The notes: generated by a model not told the origin, from the sequence alone. Shown: positions 17,600 to 26,362, counted from the stretch's first letter. The stretch is 64,000 nt of DNA from an uncultured Candidatus Saccharibacteria bacterium (GCA_964644035.1 CAZXUH010000001.1:323712-387711); one strand, 5' to 3'. Numbers and translations: made by a program.

Positions 17600-19489
17600 A
17601 TGTATCTCACTTCCGTCACGCCGATTGCACGAGGAATCACCAAGGAAACGCTGACGTATTTTTCCAAAGAACGTCCGGCCATGGGCTCTATCGTGACCGT
17701 GCCGCTTCGTGCCAAAAAGATCAAAGGTATAGTGATCGACGTCATCGATGCGACGACTGAAAAATCTCATATCAAATCGCTCAATTACGAACTCAAGAAA
17801 CTCGAAAAACTTGAGTCGAAAAAAATTACTCGACAAGCATTTATCGAAGCAGCCAGTGAAACAGCCACATGGTATGCAAGTACACTCGGCAGTACGCTGT
17901 GGAATTTGTTGCCGCATTCGGTGCTTGTCCAATCTTCAAAGACGCATGCTGTTTCTGAAAAAGGAATTTGCCCTGTAGAAAATAATAAAAAGATCGTCAT
18001 ACGAGGCAACAATGAAGAACGATGGAATACCTATCGCAGTCTTATTCGCGCCAGCTTTGCCAAAAAGAAATCTGCTTTTGTTGCAGTACCAACTATCGAA
18101 GATGCAGAATATGTTGCTGGTTTTATCGGTCGTGGTATAGAAAAATATCTTTTTGTTCTTCACAGTGACCTAAGCCAGAAAAAAATAGTTGAAATCTGGA
18201 ATGAAGCCACCAGCAAGGATCACCCTGTGCTTATTATCGGCACACCACCTTTTTTATCAGTTCCCCGGCAAGATTTGGGCATCATTATCATTGAACGCGA
18301 ACACTCAAGAGCATTTCGCATGCAATCGCGACCATATATAGACATGCGCCGATTTATAGAGACCTATGCCAATATGATAGGTGCCGATCTTGTCTTTGGT
18401 GACAATGTCATAGGTATAGAAACATGGTGGAGAGCAAACCGCAGTGGAGAATATATAGAATATAGAGAAGAACCACCGATTCAAGAATCGACACTCGAAC
18501 TCGTCGATATGTCGACCTATAAAGTAGAAGATGGAAAACCATTTGTCGTTTTGTCTGAAGAAGTAAAACAAACAATTGAACAGACACACAAAAACGGTAA
18601 GCATATGTTCCTCTTTGCACCACGCAAAGGTCTTTACCCTACTACCGTCTGTGTCGATTGTAGTAAGACTGTCACCTGTACACGTTGCAATGCACCCGTT
18701 GTCGTACATGAAAGCAAAAATGACGGATCATTTATTTTTATCTGCCATCATTGCGGACTCGAACGTGCCACCGAAGAGCGTTGTGCCAATTGCGGAAGCT
18801 GGAGACTAGCAGCGCTTGGTATTGGTATTGAGCGCGTCGCTAGTGAGATCAAGAAAAGATATCCTGACATTCCTCTATTTGTAATTGATAAGCACTCAGA
18901 ACCGACCAGAGCCAAGGTTAAGAAAACGATTGAGGCTTTTCATTCCACCCCTGGCAGTATTTTGGTCGGTACTGAATACGCACTACTGTATATGAGAGAG
19001 GTCGAGCAGAGCGCGATTATATCGCTCGATGCACTTTTTCTTATTCCAGATTTTAGAATGCATGAACGCATACTAGGAATACTTGCCAATATCCGCGGTC
19101 GCACAACAAAAAGAATGACGGTGCAGACTCGTGACCCTTCGCATATTATTTTCGAAACTATTGCCAAAAAAACGCTTAGAGAATTTTATATTAAAGAAGC
19201 CGAAATGCGTCGTATCCTCGGCTATCCACCTTTTACCCTTTTTATAAAAATCACTCGCACTGGTAAAAAGGAAAATATCGATCACGACCTCTCTGAACTC
19301 GAAGAAAAACTTTCCAAATACACCACACTCACTTTCCCTGGCCGTATCGAACGTATCAAGGGCATGTTTATCAAACATTTACTTATTAAGTTGCGTCCTG
19401 ATCAATGGATAGATGAAGAATTGTCGGCTATTCTCAAAGCTCTACCACCATCATTTAGCGTGCGAGTTGATCCTGAAACTCTTTTGTAA
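17600..19489 (+). CDS. priA: Primosomal protein N' (PriA)-like with Cys4 zinc region but degenerate Walker A/B
   Basis: CVDCSKTVTCTRCNAPVV...ICHHCGLERATEERCANCGS matches the PriA zinc-binding insert, and GYPPFTLFIKI matches the PriA C-terminus. Helicase region: LIIGTPPFLSVPRQDLGIIIIEREHS aligns to [26 protein letters not shown] (DEEH becomes EREH). The P-loop position reads RGNNEERW instead of GxxGSGKT. Confidence 0.75.
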   Translation: MYLTSVTPIARGITKETLTYFSKERPAMGSIVTVPLRAKKIKGIVIDVIDATTEKSHIKSLNYELKKLEKLESKKITRQAFIEAASETATWYASTLGSTLWNLLPHSVLVQSSKTHAVSEKGICPVENNKKIVIRGNNEERWNTYRSLIRASFAKKKSAFVAVPTIEDAEYVAGFIGRGIEKYLFVLHSDLSQKKIVEIWNEATSKDHPVLIIGTPPFLSVPRQDLGIIIIEREHSRAFRMQSRPYIDMRRFIETYANMIGADLVFGDNVIGIETWWRANRSGEYIEYREEPPIQESTLELVDMSTYKVEDGKPFVVLSEEVKQTIEQTHKNGKHMFLFAPRKGLYPTTVCVDCSKTVTCTRCNAPVVVHESKNDGSFIFICHHCGLERATEERCANCGSWRLAALGIGIERVASEIKKRYPDIPLFVIDKHSEPTRAKVKKTIEAFHSTPGSILVGTEYALLYMREVEQSAIISLDALFLIPDFRMHERILGILANIRGRTTKRMTVQTRDPSHIIFETIAKKTLREFYIKEAEMRRILGYPPFTLFIKITRTGKKENIDHDLSELEEKLSKYTTLTFPGRIERIKGMFIKHLLIKLRPDQWIDEELSAILKALPPSFSVRVDPETLL

Positions 19490-19543
19490 AACCTCCCTCA
19501 TTCCCTCCTTAATAAAGGAGGGATGCCTCTAAAGTACAGATAT

Positions 19544-19573
19544 TTTGAGTAGAATGAGCCGAAATGCTATAGT
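19544..19573 (+). promoter_or_regulatory. Sigma70-like promoter for def (TTGAGT-18-TATAGT); predicted leaderless transcript
   Basis: The -10 ends 6 nt before the def ATG at 19580. Confidence 0.4.
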
Positions 19574-19579
19574 GTGCGC

Positions 19580-20089
19580 ATGGTAACCATAGTCCAAAGG
19601 GATAACCCCGTACTCAGAGAAAAAGCCAGCCCCGTAAAGCCCGAAGAGGTCAATACGCCTGCTTTTAAGCGTATAATCAAAGACATGAAGGAGGCTCTCA
19701 ACTCTCAAGATGACGGTGTGGCTATTGCTGCCTGCCAGATTGGCGTACCGTTACGTATCTTTGTGGTTTCAAAAAAAGTATTTGAACTTCTCGACGAAGA
19801 TGTAAAAGATGCAAAGGATTTGGTCTGCATCAATCCCGAAATCACTAAACTCTCAAAAGATAAAAAATGGGTGCCTGAAGGCTGCCTTTCGGTGAGATAT
19901 TTGTATGGAAAAATAAAACGTAGCAATAAAGCCACGATCAAAGCCATCGACGAATCAGGAAAACCTTTTTCATATGGCGGATCGGGATTGCTTGCTCAGG
20001 TATTTCAGCATGAAATGGATCATTTGGAAGGTATTTTGTTTACCGATAGTGCTAAAGAGATCGAGGATCTCCCACCGAAGTCAAAATAA
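19580..20089 (+). CDS. def: Peptide deformylase
   Basis: Motifs GVAIAACQIG, EGCLS, HEMDHLEG. The track start GTG at 19574 is replaced by ATG at 19580. Confidence 0.9.
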   Translation: MVTIVQRDNPVLREKASPVKPEEVNTPAFKRIIKDMKEALNSQDDGVAIAACQIGVPLRIFVVSKKVFELLDEDVKDAKDLVCINPEITKLSKDKKWVPEGCLSVRYLYGKIKRSNKATIKAIDESGKPFSYGGSGLLAQVFQHEMDHLEGILFTDSAKEIEDLPPKSK

Positions 20090-20090
20090 T

Positions 20091-21008
20091 ATGTACTCGA
20101 CGCCCGCTCCGGCCCAGCTCGCGCATTTTGTGCAGCGCAATCTGCCCGTTCACTTCGTCTTTTTTGGTAGCTCATCGTTTTCGGTATGTGTACTTGAAGA
20201 GCTTGAAAAAGCTGGTGTGCTTCCGATAGCTGTCGTCACCATGCCCGACAAACCAAAAGGTAGAAATCTTGTCATGACCCCAACAGAAGTAAATCTCTGG
20301 GCAAAAGAAAGAGATATCGATGTGCTCACTCCAGAAGTTTTGCAGGACGAATCTTTTATAGAAAAACTCAAGCAATACGATGCCAATGTCTTTATTGTTG
20401 CTTCATATGGAAAAATAATTCCAGAACACATCATTGAGCTTCCTAAAAACAAAACACTCAACGTTCATCCATCACTTTTACCAAAATATCGTGGTTCATC
20501 CCCTGTCGAATCGATGATTCTTAATAATGAAGAACATCCTGGTGTATCGATCATGCAGCTCGACAAAGAAATGGATCACGGTCCTATCGTCGCTTCACTT
20601 GAAGTCAAACCTCTCGAGTGGCCAGTGATCAATGACGCGGCTATTACCTTTTTCGGACACGAAGGTGGCAAACTTCTGGCTTCTATTCTCTCCGACTGGA
20701 ATGCTGGTACTATCACCCCTGCTCCACAGGATCACGCTCAAGCGACATATACTAAAAAAATAAGTAAAGAAGATGGTTTGCTTGATCTTACTGAAGATCC
20801 ACTTAAGAATTATTTAAAAATTCTTGCCTATCATAGCTGGCCAAAAGCGTACTTTTTTGATGATTTTAATGGCAGAAAAATCAGGGTGATCGTGACCGAA
20901 GCAGTCTTCGACAATGAACAACGAGTACTAACGTTTATCAAAGTCATTCCTGAAGGAAAGAAAGAAATGGCGTACACTGACTATCTCAAAGGCAAAAGAT
21001 CAGCCTAG
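20091..21008 (+). CDS. fmt: Methionyl-tRNA formyltransferase
   Basis: Formyltransferase N-domain (HPSLLPKYRGSSPVE) plus C-terminal domain, in the def-fmt gene pair. Start at ATG 20091 (MYSTPAP...), 1 nt after the def stop. Confidence 0.85.
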   Translation: MYSTPAPAQLAHFVQRNLPVHFVFFGSSSFSVCVLEELEKAGVLPIAVVTMPDKPKGRNLVMTPTEVNLWAKERDIDVLTPEVLQDESFIEKLKQYDANVFIVASYGKIIPEHIIELPKNKTLNVHPSLLPKYRGSSPVESMILNNEEHPGVSIMQLDKEMDHGPIVASLEVKPLEWPVINDAAITFFGHEGGKLLASILSDWNAGTITPAPQDHAQATYTKKISKEDGLLDLTEDPLKNYLKILAYHSWPKAYFFDDFNGRKIRVIVTEAVFDNEQRVLTFIKVIPEGKKEMAYTDYLKGKRSA

Positions 21009-21084
21009 TCTCCTATCTTTTCTCGTCAGTATTTAGGCTAAAAATCGTTTACTTTTGACCTGATTCTTGATATATTCTGCGTAT

Positions 21085-21156
21085 TCCCCTGTAGCTCAGC
21101 GGTAGAGCAAGCGACTGTTAATCGCTTGGTCGTAGGTTCGATCCCTACCGGGGGAG
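21085..21156 (+). tRNA. tRNA-Asn (anticodon GUU)
   Basis: Acceptor stem TCCCCTG/CGGGGGA (one G-U pair). D-arm GCTCAGCGGTAGAGC. Anticodon arm AGCGA-CTGTTAA-TCGCT. T-arm GTAGG-TTCGATC-CCTAC. Discriminator G. No encoded CCA. Confidence 0.85.
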
Positions 21157-22806
21157 CCCTAGTGACAAAGCAGGCACAAAATGCCTGTTTTGTTTTATAA
21201 CCATTGGCTTTTTAAAGGTTCGAGCGCGTTCGATTTCTTGTTCGATGGCATCTCGTGCTTTTATGAGGCTAAGAAAGTAAGAATTGTAGGAAACCTGGAT
21301 CTTTTTGTCGGAAATGGTGAGGTTCGAGCCAAGACATGCGAGTATCGCTCTTTTAGTCTTTTCATCGCCATTCTCGTACCAAAGATGGGCGTAGCAAGCA
21401 AAATCAAAAGTTTGCTCTGATAGTTGGGCCCATTGTTCAACGGCTTTGTTTTTGAGCTTCAATTCATCTTCGAGAATTCCTTTCTTCTTGAGTAGGTCTG
21501 ATTTCAAAGACTGATATTCCTGATCACTAATGATGGTTCGAGCCTTGTTAGAAGGTGCTGTGAAGTTCAAGGTCAAAGACTGCAGCTGCTGCGTTACTTC
21601 TTCACATTCTTTGTGTTTAGTCTTGAGGGCTATGGAATCACTCTCGGCTTCATTCTTGCGGACTTCATGGACATGTTTGACCGCCCAGTCTCGGTATTCC
21701 TCTGAAATTCTTATATCTTTAAGAATTCCGCCAATTTGTAAATGGAGTTGTTTTACTTCAACGTGCTTTTCGGTACAACCTACGTCATATCTCTTTTTGG
21801 TGCAGTTGTAATAAACGTAATGATGAACATTGCCATTTTTACAACGCTTTACTTTAGCTTGAGCTGTAATGCTGCAACCACATGTGGCACACTTCATCAG
21901 ACCTGTAAATGCAAACGTGCGTTCCTCTCTTCGAGGGCGCGGCTGACTGCTTCTACCCATGACCTTTTGGACCTGGTCGAATTCTTCTTTGGTTATCATT
22001 TGTTCATGCGCCCCTTTATGCCAATTACCGCTATGAAGTGGAAACTCAAACCATCCGTAATAAAATGGATTGCCTAGAATTGCATAAATTGCTGATCGTG
22101 AGAGATGTTCTCCACCAATATTTCTTCGTGGGACAGTTCGCAAATTTAATTGCTTTCTTGAGATGTTCCAAATCTGAGCAATCGAATAGTTGCCGGTAAG
22201 AGCAAGGTCAAAAAGTCTTCGGACCAATGGGAATCTTTCAGGATCTTTCTCTAAGGTCTTATAACCTTTCTGTTTATTTGGCGTATTTAGGTAACCGATT
22301 GGCGCACCGCTCGGCATCCAGCCATCTCTTACTTTCTTTTGCAGGCCTCGCTTTACGTTTACTGACAGGTCTCGAATAAATTGGTTAGCCATGCCAAGTT
22401 CTACCTGCATCATAAGAACATTGTCCGTTGGGTAATACGTTCGGCCGAACGTAACGATTTGAGATATGGCACTCTGCTGCAACATCCAGCTTATCTGCCC
22501 ACCATCAACCGGATTACGAGCTAGACGATCTAATTTCCAGCATAGGATTCCATTAGCCTCGCCTTTATAGATTCTCTCAAGCATTAAATTAAATACCTTC
22601 CTACCTGGTTTCTTGGCTGATTGTGATTCTTCAAGGATATCAACGATCTTCAGTCCCTGATCCTTTGCAATCTTTAAAAGCTCGTCTTTCTGGGCATCTA
22701 TGGACGCTGCTTGTCGGTCTTCCGCTTCGCTTGATTTACGGGCGTATAGGAAGTATTTAGTTGGTTGGTTTGTCTGGTTCATTGCTTGTTTGATTGTGGG
22801 TCTCAT
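21145..22806 (-). CDS. Large serine recombinase (resolvase/invertase N-domain, recombinase domain, zinc ribbon, coiled coil)
   Basis: N-terminus YARKSSEAEDRQAASIDAQ (catalytic Ser motif of serine recombinases). Mid-protein recombinase domain. CATCGCSITAQ...YYNCTKKR zinc ribbon. Long C-terminal coiled coil. 553 aa. The last 8 codons overlap the tRNA-Asn 3' end. Confidence 0.85.
   Translation of the reverse strand: MRPTIKQAMNQTNQPTKYFLYARKSSEAEDRQAASIDAQKDELLKIAKDQGLKIVDILEESQSAKKPGRKVFNLMLERIYKGEANGILCWKLDRLARNPVDGGQISWMLQQSAISQIVTFGRTYYPTDNVLMMQVELGMANQFIRDLSVNVKRGLQKKVRDGWMPSGAPIGYLNTPNKQKGYKTLEKDPERFPLVRRLFDLALTGNYSIAQIWNISRKQLNLRTVPRRNIGGEHLSRSAIYAILGNPFYYGWFEFPLHSGNWHKGAHEQMITKEEFDQVQKVMGRSSQPRPRREERTFAFTGLMKCATCGCSITAQAKVKRCKNGNVHHYVYYNCTKKRYDVGCTEKHVEVKQLHLQIGGILKDIRISEEYRDWAVKHVHEVRKNEAESDSIALKTKHKECEEVTQQLQSLTLNFTAPSNKARTIISDQEYQSLKSDLLKKKGILEDELKLKNKAVEQWAQLSEQTFDFACYAHLWYENGDEKTKRAILACLGSNLTISDKKIQVSYNSYFLSLIKARDAIEQEIERARTFKKPMVIKQNRHFVPALSLGLPR
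21166..21196 (+). terminator. Intrinsic terminator after tRNA-Asn
   Basis: AAGCAGGCAcaaaaTGCCTGTT followed by TTTGTTTT. Confidence 0.5.
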
Positions 22807-23614
22807 TTACTCCCTCAGCCCATTTTTCCCCGTTTTTAAAGGGTGGTTCCGTAGTATCTGATTGGATACTGCTGACTTCCCGTAAATTAGCCGCTATTAC
22901 GGGAAGGAGTTGGGCATTTTGACCCTCATGTTTTGGTTCGACCACACTATGCCCAGAAGGGCCCTGAATAGCAACTGATTCGGGTGGCTGCCACTTCTGC
23001 ATTTTCCTCTTAAGAACATCGCCTATGCTAGTTAAAGAATTCGGGGATTTATTTATTTGGTTAGTTAGAGTATCTACGTTAATACTACGATTTTTGCGCT
23101 TTCGGATACTACGGAGATGTATATCTGGATACTGCGCAACCGAATCTTTCAGTTTCAATCTTCCCGTAACATGGGCAATGCTTTTCCAAAAATTGACTGA
23201 CTTAAAATAATACAGGTTCAGTGTTTTAAATCCGCTCTTAGTCTGGACCACACCAAGAATGCCACACTCGACAAGCAACCGGACCGCATTTGCCACATAG
23301 TTTCTGTTCTTCTCTCCAGTAAGTTCCTGGATCGTATCTAGATTCGGCCAGGCCACTTGAGTCTGTGTGTTCCCATGCTTAAGAATTGCGCAATAGACGA
23401 GTGTGCAAATCTTCGGCAACTTTGCCATATAGCCCTCACTCACAAATTCATTCTCGATGAAAAAGCGAGTAGGCTTTCTCTTGCCGCGCAGAACAGACCG
23501 ATCAATTTGATTCTTCAGTTCCTCGATCTTCGCCTTGTGGTAGGCATGAGCTATCTCTGTTTTCTTTTTCTTCGGGTCCAACCACTCCAGGAAAATCTTC
23601 TCGTTGTTGTTCAT
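22757..23614 (-). CDS. Winged-helix DNA-binding protein, replication-initiator/organiser-like
   Basis: LPKICTLVYCAILKHGNTQTQVAWPNLDTIQELTGEKNRNYVANAVRLLVECGIL is a typical wHTH of plasmid/phage Rep or replisome-organiser N-domains. Lys-rich N-terminus. 50-bp overlap with the recombinase start implies an operon. Start uncertain (Met 23614, or internal Met at about 23428). Confidence 0.5.
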   Translation of the reverse strand: MNNNEKIFLEWLDPKKKKTEIAHAYHKAKIEELKNQIDRSVLRGKRKPTRFFIENEFVSEGYMAKLPKICTLVYCAILKHGNTQTQVAWPNLDTIQELTGEKNRNYVANAVRLLVECGILGVVQTKSGFKTLNLYYFKSVNFWKSIAHVTGRLKLKDSVAQYPDIHLRSIRKRKNRSINVDTLTNQINKSPNSLTSIGDVLKRKMQKWQPPESVAIQGPSGHSVVEPKHEGQNAQLLPVIAANLREVSSIQSDTTEPPFKNGEKWAEGVNETHNQTSNEPDKPTN

Positions 23615-23771
23615 ATTCGTTGAGCCACACCTTTTTCACCGGCCGATAGACAAGGTCAAAGACTGTCAGGAGTTTGGTTGCTTCTTCAACAAGGACCTCA
23701 TCTGATGGGACCTCGCCATGTTCCAGGCGATAGATTTCCCGATATTCGTCTAATGCTTGTTTGCTTAGCAT
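23502..23771 (-). CDS. Hypothetical small protein; its 3' part overlaps the Rep-like gene out of frame
   Basis: Start placed at MLSKQALDEYREIYRLEHG. The C-terminal 40 aa are low-complexity and overlap 23502-23614, so the true extent is doubtful. Confidence 0.25.
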   Translation of the reverse strand: MLSKQALDEYREIYRLEHGEVPSDEVLVEEATKLLTVFDLVYRPVKKVWLNEYEQQREDFPGVVGPEEKENRDSSCLPQGEDRGTEESN

Positions 23772-23830
23772 AATGGTGTAGTACTTGGTTAATAATTTCG
23801 ACCTTTGACCTGCAACGGAAAAAGCTGAGT

Positions 23831-23868
23831 CCCTGTTGCGAGTGACCCAGCTTTCTCCGCGCAACAGG
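23831..23868. promoter_or_regulatory. 9-bp-stem hairpin/inverted repeat CCTGTTGCG-N18-CGCAACAGG upstream of the small ORF and Rep-like operon
   Basis: Perfect inverted repeat with no following T-run. Candidate operator rather than terminator. Confidence 0.3.
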
Positions 23869-23873
23869 AGTAT

Positions 23874-24125
23874 TCATAATCCTAAAGGTGTAAAAGTTTC
23901 TAACTGCAGGAATTACATTTACCCAATTAAGATGTTCCTAATCCTATCCGCTTAAAAATGCAAAACATGGTGTATTACTTTTTATGGCTAGGATTATGGG
24001 TTTATCCTAAAAGATAGAAAGTTTCTAACAGTAGGAATTACTTTTATCTTCTCTGGACCCTCTAATCCTAAAAGCAAACATCGTGCATTTTGGTGTGCAT
24101 TACTTTTGCTATAGGACCCATTAAG
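23874..24125. repeat. Two tandem, imperfect ~126-bp direct repeats carrying six copies (four direct, two inverted) of the motif (C/T)TAATCCTA: iteron-like array
   Basis: Unit 1 is 23874-23999 and unit 2 is 24000-24125. Aligned blocks: ATAATCCTAAAGGTGTAAAAGTTTCTAACTGCAGGAATTAC vs TTTATCCTAAAAGATAGAAAGTTTCTAACAGTAGGAATTAC, and CTAATCCTA...GTGTATTACTTTTTATGGCTAGGA vs CTAATCCTA...GTGCATTACTTTTGCTATAGGA. Direct motif copies at about 23878, 23938, 24004, 24064. Inverted copies (TAGGATTA, TAGGA) at about 23989 and 24110. Confidence 0.7.
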
Positions 24126-24297
24126 TATTGATCGCTGAAAGTGCGAAAAACTCTGCGGAATCAATTACAACGTAAAAAGCCCTGGATAGGCTTGGAAAAA
24201 CGTACACAGGGCAATTTAGGGGTGAAATAGGTCCCAACAAAGGGAGATATAGGAAAAAAGAAGAATTTGAAGTAGAATTAAAAAATCAATTAATGTT

Positions 24298-25284
24298 ATG
24301 GCTACTCGACTTCCAAAACTACCTCAGCTATTAGACCGTAAAATATACAAAACGGGTCAAACGAGAGGGGCGGACGATGACGTAATTTATCAAAATCGTG
24401 TTGGTAGAAATAGTACCGTTCTGATCTCTTATTCTTTTTGGGATAAGGAGTTGTTATCTATTGGTTTTGAAAATGGTTTTATTGTTTTAATTTCACCCAC
24501 CACTTTTTTCTCTGATGAGAAAATCGAATCCAAATTAGCAAGCCAAGGACTTATTTTGGGTGAAAATCTTTTGGTCTTTTATGAGACACGCCAACAATGG
24601 GATACTAATAACCCTGAAAAGAAAGGCTGGAAACCGGCAGTAAAAAGGACCGCACCTCTAGGAGGTCAATATGTCGCTCGTGTTCCCGCAACTACCGCGC
24701 TTGAGAATGGTTCAAAAATTATTCGAGGTTTTGCTGAAACAGCAAATAAAGGTGCGGGCATCAGAGTCTTTGAGTATGCGAGCAGTAAAACCACCAAGGA
24801 TTGTAGAGATCAACTAGAAGCCTTATTCTGGTTATGCGGCGACTCCGAAGCTGTCATGCAAACAGCAGGAATGAAATCTGAAGATATTGTTCTAAGAAAG
24901 AGCTCTATTCTTGAAGACTGTAAAGTAAGAGGACTTCTTGATCTGGACCGATTAATAAAATCTAGAATCATTAATAAACAAGGAAAAACTACATGTCCTC
25001 TTTGTTTGGAGGAATTATCAGGTACTGGTTTTATCAGCCGAATGGAACAAGCTCAAGGGCGAGAAGTTCCTGATTTAACAGTCACACAGATTAACCTTTT
25101 CCATATCGAAGAACTTCGGATCAATACTTTAAACCACAAACCATATAATCTTGGCTGGGGTCATCATCATTGTAATGTAGTAACTAAGGATTCAGGTATA
25201 AATGAGACTCTAAGATGGATGAATGATGTTCTAAAACGAAACATCGAAGGTGGCTACTTAGACCTAGAAAACAAAGTAGATTGA
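24298..25284 (+). CDS. Putative type II restriction endonuclease with C-terminal HNH/beta-beta-alpha-Me-like Cys/His motif
   Basis: Convergent with, and overlapping by 31 bp, the DNA methyltransferase gene. C-terminus ...CPLCLEELSG...LFHIEELRINTLNHKPYNLGWGHHHCNVV resembles HNH nuclease (CxxC...HH/H...N...N...HxxC). No similarity to housekeeping proteins. Confidence 0.45.
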   Translation: MATRLPKLPQLLDRKIYKTGQTRGADDDVIYQNRVGRNSTVLISYSFWDKELLSIGFENGFIVLISPTTFFSDEKIESKLASQGLILGENLLVFYETRQQWDTNNPEKKGWKPAVKRTAPLGGQYVARVPATTALENGSKIIRGFAETANKGAGIRVFEYASSKTTKDCRDQLEALFWLCGDSEAVMQTAGMKSEDIVLRKSSILEDCKVRGLLDLDRLIKSRIINKQGKTTCPLCLEELSGTGFISRMEQAQGREVPDLTVTQINLFHIEELRINTLNHKPYNLGWGHHHCNVVTKDSGINETLRWMNDVLKRNIEGGYLDLENKVD

Positions 25285-26348
25285 GGAAGTTTTACTCTTT
25301 CAACAATCAGCGAATCAATTTCTATTTGATTATCTCCATAATTGATAGATTCAATTTTATTAGCGCTGTGAGAAATCCATTTCGAATCAATTTCCATTAA
25401 AACAGCTGATCTCCCTAATTTAAGTGCGGCAAACCCAGTATTGCCGGATCCACTAAAACAGTCTAGGACTATGTCACCAGGATAAGTTGTAGCTTCTATT
25501 GCATGCTCGAGCATAGCCATTGGTTTCTCAGCGGGGTGCTTATCTTTATAGGGTCTAACAGATGGAAATGTCCATACATCAGTAAATTCTTTGGTCCCAT
25601 CCATTTTAAAAGGACGGATAGCATCTTCGTAGTAAGGCATATTCTCAACTTTTCCTGTTTGGGTTAAGGCGTCACAGATTTTTTTATATTGTTCGCGACT
25701 CGGTATGTTTCTACCTGCCTCCCAGTTTGAGACAGCACCACCATGATTTACACTTCCGTATGCACCAACCAACTCCGTTAGTTTATGACCACTCAGATTA
25801 GCTTTCTTTCGAACCTCCTTTAAAAGATTACCGAAGTAGGATTTAAAGAGATTGCCATTATGGGTTGGTTCAGCAAAAATAATACGCTCGGTATGGGAGT
25901 ACCACTGACGTAAGGACTCTTTTTTCATCTTTTGCTTCCAGCCATCAAACCCTGGCTCATTGGGCTTGGTCCAAACAATTTGGGACAATATATTAAAATA
26001 TTTTGAGAAGCCAACCTCCAAACGTGCAGACATTTCAGGTGAACAAAAGCAAAACAGAGAACCATTCGGTTTAAGTATTCTTTTCCATTCTTTTGCAAAT
26101 TCTTCCATCCACTCAAGGTAATGAGCATCTTCTTTAAAATCTGTATCACCCTTTATATTATCTTTTTTAGTAGTGTGATATGGCGGATCAGTGAGTATCA
26201 AAGAAACGCTCTGATCTGGTATTTTTTTTAACAGATCGAGTGAATCTCCTTCAGCAAGAATTATTCCAGAATTAGAGGCTCTAATTTGAGAAGAAATGGA
26301 TTTTTTAATTTTTTCTAAATCTTTTTTTCTATCCATAATTAACTTCAT
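25254..26348 (-). CDS. Beta-class DNA N6-adenine (or N4-cytosine) methyltransferase with an inserted HTH_XRE-like segment
   Basis: Motif IV TDPPYH near the N-terminus and motif I CFSGSGNTG near the C-terminus (order IV then I gives the beta group). Internal LSGHKLTELVGAYGSVNHGGAVSNWEAGRNIPSREQYKKICDAL is HTH-like. Confidence 0.85.
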   Translation of the reverse strand: MKLIMDRKKDLEKIKKSISSQIRASNSGIILAEGDSLDLLKKIPDQSVSLILTDPPYHTTKKDNIKGDTDFKEDAHYLEWMEEFAKEWKRILKPNGSLFCFCSPEMSARLEVGFSKYFNILSQIVWTKPNEPGFDGWKQKMKKESLRQWYSHTERIIFAEPTHNGNLFKSYFGNLLKEVRKKANLSGHKLTELVGAYGSVNHGGAVSNWEAGRNIPSREQYKKICDALTQTGKVENMPYYEDAIRPFKMDGTKEFTDVWTFPSVRPYKDKHPAEKPMAMLEHAIEATTYPGDIVLDCFSGSGNTGFAALKLGRSAVLMEIDSKWISHSANKIESINYGDNQIEIDSLIVERVKLPQSTLFSRSK

Positions 26349-26362
26349 TATATCTCATTTAA

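Noticed and set aside
19503-19524. Hairpin TCCCTCCTTaatAAGGAGGGA after priA, considered as an intrinsic terminator
   Set aside because: Perfect stem but no following U-run (tgcctc). Possibly a Rho-dependent or RNase-processing element; not called.
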